Shown: positions 1 to 12,456, counted from the first letter of the stretch. The stretch: 50,485 bases of DNA from Phoronis australis (GCA_002633005.1 NMRA01001067.1:10177-60661), one strand, 5' to 3'. A program made the numbers and translations. Notes: generated by a model from the letters alone, not told the origin.

Positions 1-582
1 GGGGGGGGGGGGCTCAGATCCAATTTCAAGTGTCAAATTCGCAACACGGCGCAATCGTAACGGAACTATGGCTAAGTATAGACTCTCCCGCGATATCCCA
101 GGCGACCGGCAATGGCGCTGCGCACTACGACTCCGTTTCCGTCGTCTGCTCCACTGTGTACTTCATTTTTTAAAGAAAATGGAACCTGAGTGACGATGAA
201 AAACAGAAGCTGCTGGTAAGATGTGAATTTTAATCGAAGCCTTAGTGAATCAATCAGAAACTCATAATTCTCTCTTTTTCAATCCTTATTTTAAGACGAT
301 TTCCAAAGCAATCCCGTCATTATTGCCAACATGAAAAACGGATTTGGTCTTTTGGGCATTTGAAGACTATTTTAAATACAACAAATTTGTTACGAACCGA
401 TTGCACAAAATATATAATGAGTAATAAGCATTACAAAAACAAGTAGGTTTCACGCGCAAACGCTATGGACCCCCCTCCCGACCTCCCCCCATTCGGTTCT
501 ATGCGCATCTACAATCGTGGTTTGCGCAAATGCTTAGAGCCAAAATGTTAGGCCCCCTTGTGATATCCTAGATCCGCCACTC
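1..582 (+). mobile_element. Non-autonomous DNA transposon (hAT5-like family, long form), left end outside the window
   Basis: Closely matches 25620-26344 and the reverse complement of 29430-29998. Ends in GATATCCTAGATCCGCCACT, the same terminus as the TSD-flanked copy at 13590-13916. Confidence 0.7.
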
Positions 583-940
583 GAACTGTTCGTCTTATTC
601 ACTGTCTTAATCATATTTTTCTAAACTTAGAATAACTAATGCTTGATTAAAAATCTTGCACCTCCATTTCGGTTGATATGAATTCTGATGAGACTGATCA
701 TAGCTCACATTTATCAGTCTGATCATCGTTTACAGCATTATTCTTGGGATCGTTTTTGGTCAGTGACAAGAATTCGTATAAATTACTAGAGCTGATGAAA
801 AAAATTAGATCTTATATTACACCATTCGCTAATATTAATTCTTATCAACATCTTATAACATGTCATACCATTCTTAGAAATAGTCGAAATTAATCTATTT
901 TAAAGAATCATTTGTAATGAATTTTATTAACCATAACTGG

Positions 941-1044
941 CTGTGTACACCTGCCGTGCACGCGCAGACATAGTCCCTGTGTACACCTGTCGTGCACGCG
1001 CAGATATAGTGCCTGTGTACACTTGTCCTGCAGGCGCAGATATA
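941..1044. repeat. 36-bp minisatellite, about 3 copies
   Basis: Unit CTGTGTACACCTG(C/T)CGTGCACGCGCAGA(C/T)ATAGT.. starts at 941, 977 and 1013. Confidence 0.9.
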
Positions 1045-2272
1045 CATGTATATAGAGGGACAAAGGGACATTTACCCCGAACTGCTGCACCGAGAGAGGG
1101 TGCCGTCTGAAATGGGACATCTTAAGATGAAAGGCTAAACATCATTAAGCTTGCAAAAAAGTGACAGTTCATTCCACCGTCTTGGGGTCCCAAAACGATG
1201 CAGGGAGTGACCTCCTTCAATATGAAAGCACGATTTCACAAAAAACAGGAAAATAGAGGTAATCGATTCCAACATTGGGCCCTCTCTCCGTGAGCGGCCC
1301 GGTAAGGCCTCCTTCAAGGGCGGGGCTCCTAAATATCAGGAAATGCGCAGCAATTGATGTCATCTGTCAGGTCATCAAATTTTCTCAAGTGATTTACAGT
1401 TTCGAGAAAAAAATAAAGTTAAAGTTGCCTCCGTTATCCGTTGCCAGAGAGGGGCCTCTGAAAAAATTGAATTTAAACATCCAGTAAATTAGTACGCTCC
1501 GCAAAAGCTTCGCCTTACAAATTTTTTCGATTTTCCGAAATATATGTGTGCGTTTATGTCCTGGCCAGGGTCCTCAAAAGGTAAACCATGCACTGATGCA
1601 GATTTCTTAAATGTTCTCTTGAATTTTCTCTCTTATCCGTTTTTCGCAGTCTTTCTTTTCTCGACTGTCTCCGCCTATGTTGGTTGCCAGGGTTTAACCT
1701 AGACGCCTGAAAAATTTTGGGGGGCCCGTGCTAGGCTACAGGTAGTCGGTATCTAACCAACACGAATCAGTAAAAAGGTTGGAAGTCCCATCACATTCAA
1801 ATTGCACGACAAACATCTGCACGCGTGAACACATTTGTCTTAACAAATAATAGGGCGAATATTAACTGCACGGAAATCAAGTTCTTCGAATGAATTTATT
1901 CCCTCGAAGAATCGACTTTTTACTTTTCACTTGTCACTCCGCTACTTTAACCTACCGGTGAACACATAGACTAAACCATTCACTGGGCTTCTTGGCTGGC
2001 GCTCGGGTGACTACATGACTGCATTAGGTAAATAATTAAGCTCACAAGATGGCAGATGATTTGATTCGTTGTTGTTAGAGGAAGGTAAAAAAGGCAAAAT
2101 ACAACCAGTAAGACCGTTTGTCGTTTTGTGAACGTGTCAGTGGAATTTGATTTTGTTACTACTAACATCATGAACAAAAATTTTCCTCCCATTTTTTGTT
2201 TATATCTTTTCCACCAAGTGGTGAAAAGCTATCCTATGGAACTTCAGCTCTGTTTACAGGCTAGGCTACAGG

Positions 2273-2346
2273 TAGCCTTAGTACAAAGCTGTATACTAAA
2301 TATATGTATTTTGACGACAGTCTTCATACAGATAGCTGGCTGGCTA
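2273..2346. mobile_element. Tiny MITE with TAGCC...GGCTA termini and a 9-bp TSD (AcademH-like termini)
   Basis: Flanked by GGCTACAGG (2264-2272) and GGCTTCAGG (2347-2355). Absent at the paralogous site near 18650-18665. Confidence 0.55.
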
Positions 2347-2660
2347 GGCTTCAGGGAGCCGCCATCATTGAAGAAAAGCGAATCTTGGGCTCTTCTTATT
2401 CAAAAAATATTTACAAGTACAAGCAAACCTGTGCTTAGAGTCGAAAACCAAGTTAGGACTATGGCCACTTAGATGAACTCATCAGTTCCCTATTCAGTTT
2501 AGAAGGGATTAAACAAAAAACTGATGGTTCTTTATTTCAGTGTTACCTCGTGGATGAGCTTAGTCTGAAGGACTAACGACTGCCTTTCGTATACTTATTT
2601 ACCATGGTGTCTGGGACTAAATGTTGATACTTGGTCCTCAGCTCAAGATACCCAACTTAC

Positions 2661-2787
2661 GCTGTGGATTGAAAATTCTAAACACCCCTGTAGCTTCATC
2701 CGTATAGACTACAATATCACGGCTCACTGGACGAGTTCTGCTCTCAGGATCTTTCAACGTCAGCAAGACTTGGTTAGCAGTACCAAA
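2661..2787 (-). CDS. FAMeT-CBM14 gene copy A, third coding exon (end of Methyltransf_FA-like domain)
   Basis: TTTCAG acceptor and GTAAGT donor. 127 nt, phase 0 to 1, encoding FGTANQVLLTLKDPESRTRPVSRDIVVYTDEATGVFRIFNPQ. Same length and phase as 19007-19133 and 47500-47626. Confidence 0.88.
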
Positions 2788-3165
2788 CTGAAAAGTTAGG
2801 TCACTATTTTAGAAAATAGCCTGTGAGATTTAAAAAATGCAAATGAGATAAAAAATATAACGAGGCACCTAAAAACACGTTTTTCACAGTGATTAATCAC
2901 GGAATGTTCTTTAAAGACTAGAAGGAGGCACTTTGTAACTATGGCAACCGCATGAATAAGATGTATCATTGCTAAAAGACCTGACTGAATACGCATTACC
3001 TACTAGTGTACAGGACAAACTGCAAGTAGTAAAAGCACTGCGCCACTGATTTTTCCATTGCCACACAAGATTTTTTTACTTGAGCTCATGGCACGGAACT
3101 CAACTCAACTATTTCCAAGTTAAAATTAAGATTATGTAGGGCCGTATAAAAATGTTCAAAATTGT

Positions 3166-3413
3166 TTAACTTCAGACCATCATATCTCAGACATGGTTAA
3201 CTTCAGACCATCATATCTCAGACATGGTTAACTTCAGACCATCATATCTCAGACATCGTTAACTTCAGACCATCATATCTCAGACATGGTTAACTTCAGA
3301 CCATCATATCTCAGACATCGTTAACTTCAGACCATCATATCTCAGACATCGTTAACTTCAGACCATCATATCTCAGACATGGTTAACTTCAGACCATCAT
3401 ATCTCAGACATGG
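3166..3413. repeat. 31-bp minisatellite, 8 copies
   Basis: Head-to-tail unit GTTAACTTCAGACCATCATATCTCAGACAT(G/C) with no spacers. Single copy in the paralogue near 20018-20050. Confidence 0.95.
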
Positions 3414-4300
3414 CCATTCGGATTCAAATTTTAAGATGCCGTGCGTTTACATGCACTGCTTGTCCAAGCGCAATTAGGAATTGTTTTTTAAATGTCCCAC
3501 TTTTATATGAAGAGTTATCAAGAACTACGACACGTTTTTCATGTAAATACTTTGAAGATGCATAAAACACGAAACCATATTTTAGAAATTGTAACAGTGT
3601 TGTTGAGATCTCAGCTCTTGAACGCTGGTTTTAAATAAAATTTAATCATGTGGTTGAATCTTTTTTGCAATGAGTGTACCTTGGTTTTTCGCTAAAATTT
3701 ACTAAAATGCCATAGTTACCTGACCTATAATCAAATTGTTCACGCTTTCTACTGTTATTGGTTTAAAATCTATAGTTTTGCAGATATTTGGCATGTATAT
3801 GCTACAACATACGTATGCAGAACATTCTCGACAAGATTGAATATTTAGCAGAACGTCAACAAGATTTTAACTCAGTAAAAGAATATGTTTCTGAATGTAA
3901 ATAGCCTGTAGAATTTTGATTTTTGACTTTTTACTGACCTCGTCATTGATTTGGTTATGTGACCACTACCCATTAGTAAAATTTAGAAAAAAGAAAGGTA
4001 CATTGACAGCAAAACGGCGGTATCAATAACATGAATTTTTTTGAATTGTCATTTCTGTTTGGTTTAATGCAACTTTGATTTTTTCATGAAAATCATGAAT
4101 TTAAACAATTTTTAATAGTATTGTGGAGAACTATTATATGTAGTATCTTAATTTAATTGCAGTCACGTGTAATAGTGTTGCCAATACTTTGGCATACGTC
4201 TCTCATCGTGAGATCAGGCCAAGAACTGAGAAGGCATTACTTAAACCCTATAACGAAACCAGATATATCTATTTAAACATATTCTTGACGAACGTTTTAC

Positions 4301-4626
4301 CTCCACCAGTCCACCTGCTCCCCGCCATTTTATGTAGAACTGGACGAACTTGTTACAGTCAAGCAGCTTTCGTCTCAAATATGCCTCAAGTTGTTCAGAC
4401 CCATCAGTAATGACGTAGAGTACATTTTCGTTGTTTAGTGGCCCACCCCCCAAAACGAGATGGTAGTCGCTGTAGAAATCGCCATTTGGTTCCTTTTTAC
4501 CAATAGACAGAGCAGCTGAGGTGCGACACGCTTTCACTTGGAAGTTGACTTGGTTGAAGCTGCTGAAACTGTATGTTGATGTGACGAGATGGCCAGTAGG
4601 TAGCGTGTTAATGGTTTCAAACTTTT
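4301..4626 (-). CDS. FAMeT-CBM14 gene copy A, second coding exon (Methyltransf_FA-like domain)
   Basis: CTGCAG acceptor and GAG|GTAAAA donor, 326 nt, open frame. FQVKAC...YHLVLGG..NN...LLDCNKFVQFYIKW matches the FxVKAC / YEIxIGGWxN / ILSCxEFRxFWISW pattern of the farnesoic acid O-methyltransferase domain. Confidence 0.88.
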
Positions 4627-5111
4627 CTGCAGTTGAAATAACACACAACTACTTACTAAAGCAACTAAAATATCAATAATATCATATAATATCGCCGGAT
4701 CTTATTGTCTTAAACATTATCCGAAAATACAATAACACCAGAACCACAAAACGCCTATTTTGTAAGCTGAACACTTGCAGCTTAGTACGGTCATAAGCAC
4801 GTTATTGCTAAGGTGTCGTTGCGTTTTCGTTTCATTGGTGCTGCCGTAAACATGATCATATTTCACATTTAGTTCCATTCAAAGCCCAATTGACCACGTT
4901 AACAGCTTGTTTACCCATAAAATCTGAATATACGACCGTTTTAGCTGCACTTAAAGCCTTTGAGAAATCGGGCTCCTGGTCCACCAACACAATGTTGGAG
5001 AAACTTGGTGACAACATACGCGGATGCGATTAAAGGGAATAAACTTGGACCCGTTCTAGAAAAAAATTCACTCAAACTTTAAAAATAAAAAGCTTGCCCT
5101 GCAAACCTCAC

Positions 5112-5172
5112 CAGCTGTAAAGATGTTGCCGACATTGGCCATGAGTAACGCGAGTATCACGAGAGTCCACAT
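5112..5172 (-). CDS. FAMeT-CBM14 gene copy A, signal-peptide exon
   Basis: ATG at 5172 encodes MWTLVILALLMANVGNIFTA, followed by a phase-1 GTGAGG donor. Exon acceptor TTACAG at 5200-5201. Splices in frame to 4626. Confidence 0.85.
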
Positions 5173-5270
5173 GATTCTACTTGAATCAGAAGAATGCACC
5201 TGTAATTAAACACAACTGACATAAAAGTGTCAAAACTACCTTCATTCCAGGCTGCCAGGAGCATACCTAC

Positions 5271-5582
5271 TAATCAATATTGGTACTGCCAATAGAAGGC
5301 TCACTATGTTCCCCTATAGGTGACGCTGGCTGTTCTCAATATGGCAGCCTCCAGCCTATAGTCCCTGTGAAGACTTCTACAGGTACATTAGCTTTAGATT
5401 CGTGTATACTGTTTAAGCACACAGTTCAGTTTGTCATTAGTTTATTACAGCCTTTAGCTAGCGTAGATCTACTCATAAGTCACAGATGTTTTATTTGTTT
5501 TGTAGATCGCCATCATTCTTTGTCACACTGTCTGGCTGTGCAATAAAGACTGGTGATGTAAGAAATAACCCGTGTTTATTTA
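5271..5582 (+). repeat. 5' LTR
   Basis: About 312-bp direct repeat of 8800-9114. Contains AATAAA and is followed by a degenerate PBS-like TGATGGCG. Confidence 0.88.
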
Positions 5583-5606
5583 TGATGGCGATCTATATCC
5601 AAAGCC

Positions 5607-6440
5607 ATGCCTACCGTCGCCTGCAGCATCGAAGGCTGCATATATACAACCCCTGACCATGATGCCAGTATTGTGGCCGCTTTGCTAGTAACTACACTCG
5701 CCACCACTCATGCTACAGCGCCAACCCCGACCTCCACAGCCCTTCCCCTACCAGAGAAGGTGAAACGGCCAACCATCGCTCCCTCTGGAACTTCCGAAGA
5801 CTGGTAAGGTGGAACGATTACGTCACGGCCACGAAGCTCACCGGATAGGACGCAGTAATCCAGCTATTAGAGTGTTGTGACGAGCCCCTGCACAAAGATC
5901 TGACACGAGCCACTGGGGGTTACCTTATGGACCAGTCACTGAACGACGTTCTGCTGGCGATACGGAAACTTGCTGTCAGAGAGGAAAACACCATGGTAGC
6001 GCGTGTGGCATTCTCCAACACGCGCCAAGATCGCAACGAGACCGTCCGGTCTTTTTGTGCCCGTCTCCGCAGACAAGCAAATGTTTGTAAATTTAGCATC
6101 CCGTGTCCGAACTGCAGTACCCAAGTCAACTATACAGACGAAATTTTCCGCGATGCTGTCACCCGTGGCCTCTCAGACCCCGACATCCATTTGGACCTTC
6201 TTGGTGATGCTAAGCAAGCTATGTCACTGGAAGATACCCTTCGCCTCATCGAAGCCAAAGAATCCGGCAAGCGCTCAGCCTCCCGTTTGCACGACACCCC
6301 ATGCAGTTGAGGCAGAAAGTGCATAGGAAAAAGAAAAGGTGCCCATACATAAAACCTGGTCCCATCATGCACCAAGAGTTCCCCGTTTGCAAGTACTGCG
6401 GACAACTGGGCCATACTCGCAAAGACTGCCCCGCCCATGA
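5607..6440 (+). pseudogene. Degenerate Gypsy gag
   Basis: EKVKRPTI..GTSEDW, IQLLECCDEPL, AIRKLAVREENTMVARV..QDRNETVRSFCARLR and a CCHC knuckle CKYCGQLGHTRKDC, broken by stops and frameshifts. Confidence 0.85.
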
Positions 6441-6803
6441 CCTGTTCCCGCGCACATCTGGCATGCTACCTTCCCTTGGCGATCGCGATGACAAGTCCGT
6501 TGGTAAGAAACCTTTCTCCCCTGACAGCATCCGTCTACCTCTCTCCTAGGATGTCTCCGTCTGCGCCGACTGCCAACGGTGACCCATCCGTTCCCGATGC
6601 CGACGGATGTAGACCAACGTTCCGTTCCCCAGGTTGCACTTCCTCCGGCTTCGGACGGACCTCGTCGTTGCACTCGCACCACCCGGAAGCCTTCCTGGAT
6701 GCAAGACTTTGTTACATTTTAGTTCGACGTAGACCTCTATATAGATTGACATGATTAGTCAATGTCGCTGACTGCGGCCAATGACTTGGGGGGAGATAGA
6801 GAT

Positions 6804-8792
6804 ATATGGCACGATATAGGGTAAAGTGAAAACGTGCATTTTAAAATGTGTCGGTTTTTGACGGTGAAATCGACACATTTCGTTTCTCAACTAAAACCCG
6901 CAAAAACTTGCTGATTAAACTACGGTCACCTACTGGATCGTCACTTTCCGGCAGCGGGACAGCGGGCGCTAACTTCTTCCAGTTGGTCCTCCGCCAACCG
7001 TAGGACTAATGGATACGTGGCCGCATTGCAGCCAATCAGGCCTTTTAGTATGTGGACCGCTCCAGATGCCATACTGGGAGGCCACGTAAAATATATATGC
7101 CGGTCGGCACTTAGTCCGCGGCATCACGACCGCCAACGCAGGGACAGACCGGCCTGCCAGCGCTCCGCCCTCGGCACCGCAGACCCCGCAAACTGCCGGA
7201 CTTGACACCGTGGACCGCGGTCTTGGGAGTTTTCACACTGAGGTACCCGGAAAGGACTAGGGACTGTATCCCGGCCTGCCGATAGACCCCGCTGTATGCT
7301 TACCTTGGTTATATTTTCAAAGCACCTTTGAGAAACCGACACAAATGGGCAATAATCGACACATTTTCTCAGGGGACAAACCGGCCTGCAGCGCTCCGGC
7401 CTCGGCACCGCAGACCCCGCAAGCTGCCGGACTTGACCCCGTGGACTGCCGTCTGGGGAGTTTTCACAGATACCCGGGACACGACTAGGGAGGCTGTATC
7501 CCAGACTGCCGATAGACCCCATTGTATGTTTACCTTTGTTATATTTTCAACACAACGTTTCTGAAACCGACACAAATGGCCAATAATCGACACATTTCGT
7601 GGGACTTAAGAAATTTTTCAAAGCAACGTTTCTGAAACCGACACAAATGGCCAATAATCGACACATTTTCTCGGAACTTCGAAAAATTTCGCACATTTAC
7701 GCAGGGGACAGACCAGCAACCGCGCTCCGGCCTCGGCACCGCAGACCCCGCAAGCTGCCGGACTTGAACCCTGTGGACCGCCGTCTGGGAAGTTTTCACA
7801 GATACCCAGGACACGGCTAGGGACTGTATCCCGGGCTGCTAATAGACCTCGCTGTATGCTTACCTTTTGTTATATTTTCAATGCAACGTTTCTGAAACCG
7901 ACACACATGGCCAATAATCGACACATTTTCTCGGAACTTAGACAATTTTGCACATTTACGCAGGGGACAGACCAGCAGCCGCGCTCCGCTGGAGCCCGAT
8001 ACGGAGGTCCACGGGGTAAGCATTAAGCGGGGTCTATCGGCAGTCCGGGATACAGTCCCTAGTTTTGTCCCGTGTACTCTGTGAAAACTCCCCAGACGAC
8101 GGTCCACGGGAGTGTCTAGTCCGGCAGCTTGCGGGGTCTGCGGTGCCGAGGCCGGAGCGCGGCTGCTGGTCTGTCCCCTGCGTAAATGTGCAAAGTTTTC
8201 TAAGTTCCGAGAAAATGTGTCGATTATTGGCCATTTGTGTCGGTTTCAGAAACGTTGCTTTGAAAATACAAAAGTAAGCATAAGCGGGCTCTATCGGCAG
8301 GCCGGGGTACTCTGTGAAAACTCCCCAGACGACGGTCCACGGGAGTGTCAAGTCCGCGGCAGCTTGCGGGGTCTGGGGTACTGAAGCCGGAGAGCGGCTG
8401 CTGGTCAGTCCTCTGCGTAAATGTGCGAAATTGTCTAAGTTCCAAGCAAATGTGTCGATTATTGGCCATTTGTGTCGCTTTCAGAAACTTTGGATTGAAA
8501 AATTTTGCAAGTGCAAAGAAATGTGTATATGACTATCGGCGCCGGAGCGCGGAATCACGGTAGCCGTCGGGTCGGAGCTGTCCAGTTGAAGACAGGGGGC
8601 GCACGGATAAGTTCTCATTGGCGGAGCTGAGCCCGGGGATTGAGATTTGAGGTTTGCGCACTTTTGTTACTCTGGGCATGATTAGGGAGTTTCCGCGGGT
8701 TGTGGTCGCGAAAGGAAATGTGTCGATTTCACCCTCAATAATCGACACATTTTAAAATGCGCGTTTTCACTATACCCTATATCGTGCCACTG
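6804..8792. mobile_element. Foldback-like non-autonomous DNA transposon nested at the PPT/3' LTR junction
   Basis: About 45-bp TIR: TGGCACGATATAGGGTAAAGTGAAAACGTGCATTTTAAAATGTGTCG (from 6807) vs CGACACATTTTAAAATGCGCGTTTTCACTATACCCTATATCGTGCCACTG (ends 8792). Internal units of about 230-260 bp run in tandem over 7140-7990 and inverted over 8030-8490. Confidence 0.85.
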
Positions 8793-8799
8793 TTGGAGA

Positions 8800-9114
8800 T
8801 AGACGATATTGGTACTTCCATTAGAGGGCTCACTATGTTGCCCTATAGGTGGCGCTGGCTGTTCTCAATATGGCAGCCTCCAGCCTACAGTCCCTTTCCA
8901 CTTCTACGGGTACATTAGCTTTAGATTCATGTATACTGTTAGTTTAAGAACACAGTTCAGTTTGTCATTAGTTTATTACAGTCTTTAGCTAGCATGGATC
9001 TTCTCAAAAGTCACAAATGTTTTATTTGTTTTGTAGATCGCTAATCATTCTTTGTCACATTGTCTGGCTGTGCAATAACGACTGGTGATATAAGAAATAA
9101 CCCGTGTTTATTTA
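8800..9114 (+). repeat. 3' LTR
   Basis: Direct repeat of 5271-5582, followed by TSD CCTAC. Confidence 0.88.
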
Positions 9115-9687
9115 CCTACGATTATTTGGAGGACTGAGTTCACCATCTTTCTTTCTGTTGACACTAAATGTGTATTGGGCCCGGCCTTGTGACCTAAACA
9201 CGCCTGATGTACCGCAACAGGCATCAGGCTATCTGCACTCTTTTCTCTGTTTTGAAATGTTTTCTCAAATAGACTAGTCTACCAACCACGGAATCTGGTA
9301 ATCTTTGCATGGTCATATCTCTTGTGTATTCTTACTTCATTCAAAATTGTTCTTGCCAATACATGTCACTCATTTTCATGACTAGTCACTTAAAAACAAG
9401 TTGTTGTCAATTTTTGTATGATGCAAGATTCAGTTCTCCAAAGCCCTGAAGACAAATTCAGGACCCTCAAGGAGGAACTTAAGCACCCTAGTGTAGATTT
9501 ACTTGAGTCATCAATCCAAATTATACATTTTATTTGCCTTAAATTTTCCTATGGCGTAATTGTTAGCTAAAACCTTCATAGAACTCCTCAAAAGCTGCTG
9601 GAAAGTAACTATGTTAGGGACTTTATTTGTGTTCTGGGGCGATGCCTGGTGTGGCTGGTACACACTATCGTCTTTTTCAACACTTAA

Positions 9688-11376
9688 AGGAGAATGCCAC
9701 CCGATTTAATTAGTCTTTTTTGCCGTCTTAATCGGTCTATATCCACATCGCCTCGCATACGGTCGACCTTACCTTGCCGAGAGTTGTCGCGTTAACCTGT
9801 GAGGAAGGTGAGAAACCACGCAGCGACGTCAGTGGTTCACTTGCGGAGTTAATGCCTCTATGTTGCGGTGCATCGTTTCCGCTTGTCCGAACTATGCAGC
9901 TGCGAGGAAAGCGCGTATATCGTTTTTTTCGACTTCTTCGAGAGCCTGAAATGCTTAGGAATTGGCTTGCGGTAGTGAAGAATGAAAAGTACACTGTAAA
10001 TAGCAAGTGTGAGGCCGAGAAACATTTCCGTGTCTGTGGCCTGCAGTCGTCGCGGGACAGTGCCGGCTTACCAAATAACTATCCATACGTTCCGTTGTCT
10101 GAGCTTGTTCACGGCGCCTCTCTAGTATTTCTTCATCACTGTATTCCTGTTCGAACTGATAGCCTGTGAAACTTAACGATCCACCAGCGAAGTCTTCGTC
10201 GGGATGAGCTCTCGTCTAAGTCGGGATTGCGAGTCAGCTGCCATCAGTGTTGGCGTTTGAGCGTTCCGTTTCAAAATGAATTATTCTCACCTTTACCAAT
10301 ACTTAAATAAAACTTAAACAAAGTCTGTCTCATTCGATGCAATTTGTAATGCCTTTGGAGTGTTCTTGAGTGCAAATGATTTGAAAAGCCAGCAATGAAT
10401 AGATCACTGCGTTACTGGCTTTAGGTGCAATAAATTGACAGGACACCGAGGCCGTGTGAGCTCACGCTAATTCAATTCTTGCTGACAGAAACAGTTGCGA
10501 AACAACTCGATTTCTATCCCATAGGTGTTAGGGGAATCTTTATTTACCTGTACATTGACAATCACTATTTGAATAATGTTAATGTAAATAAACTTCTGCC
10601 CTGACAGTTCTGTGGCCAAAGCGGAACCCGAATTCGCGGCCCCCGACGAGTAAGTATATTTGCAGCTTCGTGGCTAATTCACCAACATAATCACGTACAA
10701 TTTACTTCTTTGGCTCACTAGTACAACATTTTCTTGACTGGAATTGAAGTTTTCAACTTTGGCTGGTTTATGTTCGTGATGTCTGATCGGCTTCCGAGCC
10801 ACTGGCTGGGATAACCAGTTAGTCCAGCCGCGACGGGTCTGATCGGGCTCTGAGCCACTGGCCAGGATAACAAGCGTTTTGCGTGTTTAGAACTAAAAAA
10901 AATCACAAGTCTAAACAACACAGATCTTTATTTTCCTGTCTGTATCTCATACTTTGTATTTATCTCCGAACAGACTCCAAACTCCTGCTAAGGACCTTAT
11001 TGGTCTGTCGAACTTTGTAGGCTACGGTGTGTCCAAACACCAATAAATCCGTCACAGCGAAATAAAACAAAACGTTTTTATAAGAACTCGGTGTATTTTT
11101 AGGGGTTTTACTTCGAAGTTTCATGATTTATTGGTGTTAAACGATGAATTCAAGCAATAAGCTAACACCAGTAACCCGTGTTGTGAACTGCTGAACAGAC
11201 TGCGTGTGAAACCAATTACTTCATTGGATAATTTCAACACCTCCGTCAGGTGTCAGGTAACGCAACTGTACGTGCCCTTATGGAGAAGAACTACTCGATC
11301 TAAATCTGGGAGTAATATATTATAGTCCTAAATCTAAATTGATACAAATTAGGTTGTTTTTGGGTGACATGCTCCT
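9688..11376 (+). mobile_element. Kolobok-like DNA transposon remnant with THAP-domain relic
   Basis: TTAA TSD (9684-9687, 11377-11380). TIR AGGAGAATGCCACCC...GGGTGACATGCTCCT. THAP-like MPLCC...FFRL..EPEMLRNWLAVVKNE...RVC at about 9852-10040. Empty site near 22447-22460. Confidence 0.8.
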
Positions 11377-11538
11377 TTAACTTCAAGCCCACCTTTCCTC
11401 TTCATCCCTGACGTCACTGACCATGCTCATACTTTCAGACATTTACGACAAACTTTGTCATTAATTCATCGCTTTCGGTCTCCGTTGTCTTCGATCCGCC
11501 CATCCCCACAAAAGTGATTATCGGATTACACCACCTCT

Positions 11539-12120
11539 CCCTTATCCTGCTGAGCCTCACTTCAGCCTACTTTCCCTATGTGCTAAGCTAAATAGGTCAC
11601 CACTACCGCTGTACACTGAGCTGTTATGAAGGTCACCAAGACTAATGACCTAACAATTTTAAATTGGAAATTTGAAGGGGAAATGTTAATTTCACAGAAA
11701 AGGAGCCAATATAAAAGTTGTCCAGAATTTGATGGAGATTTTCACCCTGTGTAAATCTTGATCATAGCCTTGCTGAAAGTAAACTTACCCACTGTCATCC
11801 TCTCACGTCTGGCCATATAATGAAACTATGTGTCTACAATTAACAAAACTGCCAATATCTCCTAAACTAGAAATCACAACCATATGGTTTAAATTGGAGA
11901 AATGTACCGGAAACTGTGAAGTATGGAATGCCCATGCTCACATATCTAAATAACATCCGGGGCTCTTACAATTTCTGAATGAAAATGACAAGTGTCCTGG
12001 GGTGACTGCACTCTCCTAGCGCAGCCCAGCTGCAGTTTATTATAGTCGATTGAGTACAACCAACGCATTGTAATAGGATAATTGGCATGTCGGCTGACCT
12101 CCTCTAGCGCAGGCTAAGGG
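11539..12120. mobile_element. piggyBac-like non-autonomous element
   Basis: TIR CCCTTATCCTGC...GCAGGCTAAGGG followed by TTAA; the left TTAA is missing. Absent from the paralogous site near 22570-22580. Confidence 0.7.
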
Positions 12121-12218
12121 TTAAGAACTAAACCTCAGGGTAGTTTCGTAGACTGAATTGAGAGGAGATTTTTACGTAGAAAAAACTCCTTTTATGATTG
12201 CTTAATACCAATATTCCT

Positions 12219-12456
12219 TTCCAAGAAACTGATTTAAGTTCATTTTTGACTTAAGTCTAAGATTTGTCTCAACTTCCAAATTTTGAGACTTCCACATCCG
12301 GTAATAGTCAATATTAAGACAAAACTTATATCAAACCCTTACGTCAAACCTAAAATCTCTTTCTTGAAACGGTCTTGAGACAAATTAAAGTTTTATTATA
12401 AAATTTACTAAAATTTAAGATTTGTCTTAGTTATGTTAAGTTTGTTGGAACGGGCC
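12219..12456. mobile_element. Palindromic MITE family (also about 22675-22863 and 47874-48043)
   Basis: TTCCAAGAAACT...AGTTTGTTGGAACGGGCC. Shared AAGTTCATTTTTGACT and AAATTTAAGATTTGTCTTAG motifs in three places. Confidence 0.6.

Larger units (their letters stand above)
5271..9114 (+). mobile_element. Gypsy/Ty3-type LTR retrotransposon, internally deleted (gag only), with a nested insertion
   Basis: Direct LTRs at 5271-5582 and 8800-9114. 5-bp TSD CCTAC (5266-5270, 9115-9119). Empty site CATACCTACGATTATTTGG in the paralogue near 21951. Polypurine tract GGGGGGAGA near 6788. Confidence 0.9.

Noticed and set aside
3166-3413. CRISPR-like appearance of the 31-bp repeats (also the 35-bp array at 34351-34521)
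   Set aside because: Units are head-to-tail with no unique spacers, there are no cas genes, and the context is eukaryotic.
4241-4648. Calling this ORF, or 20769-21209, a stand-alone farnesoic acid O-methyltransferase enzyme
   Set aside because: They are internal exons read through into introns. The spliced product has a signal peptide and no SAM-binding motif that I can see.
6969-8748. Many overlapping short ORFs on both strands
   Set aside because: They arise from GC-rich tandem and inverted repeat units of the foldback element and show no protein motif.
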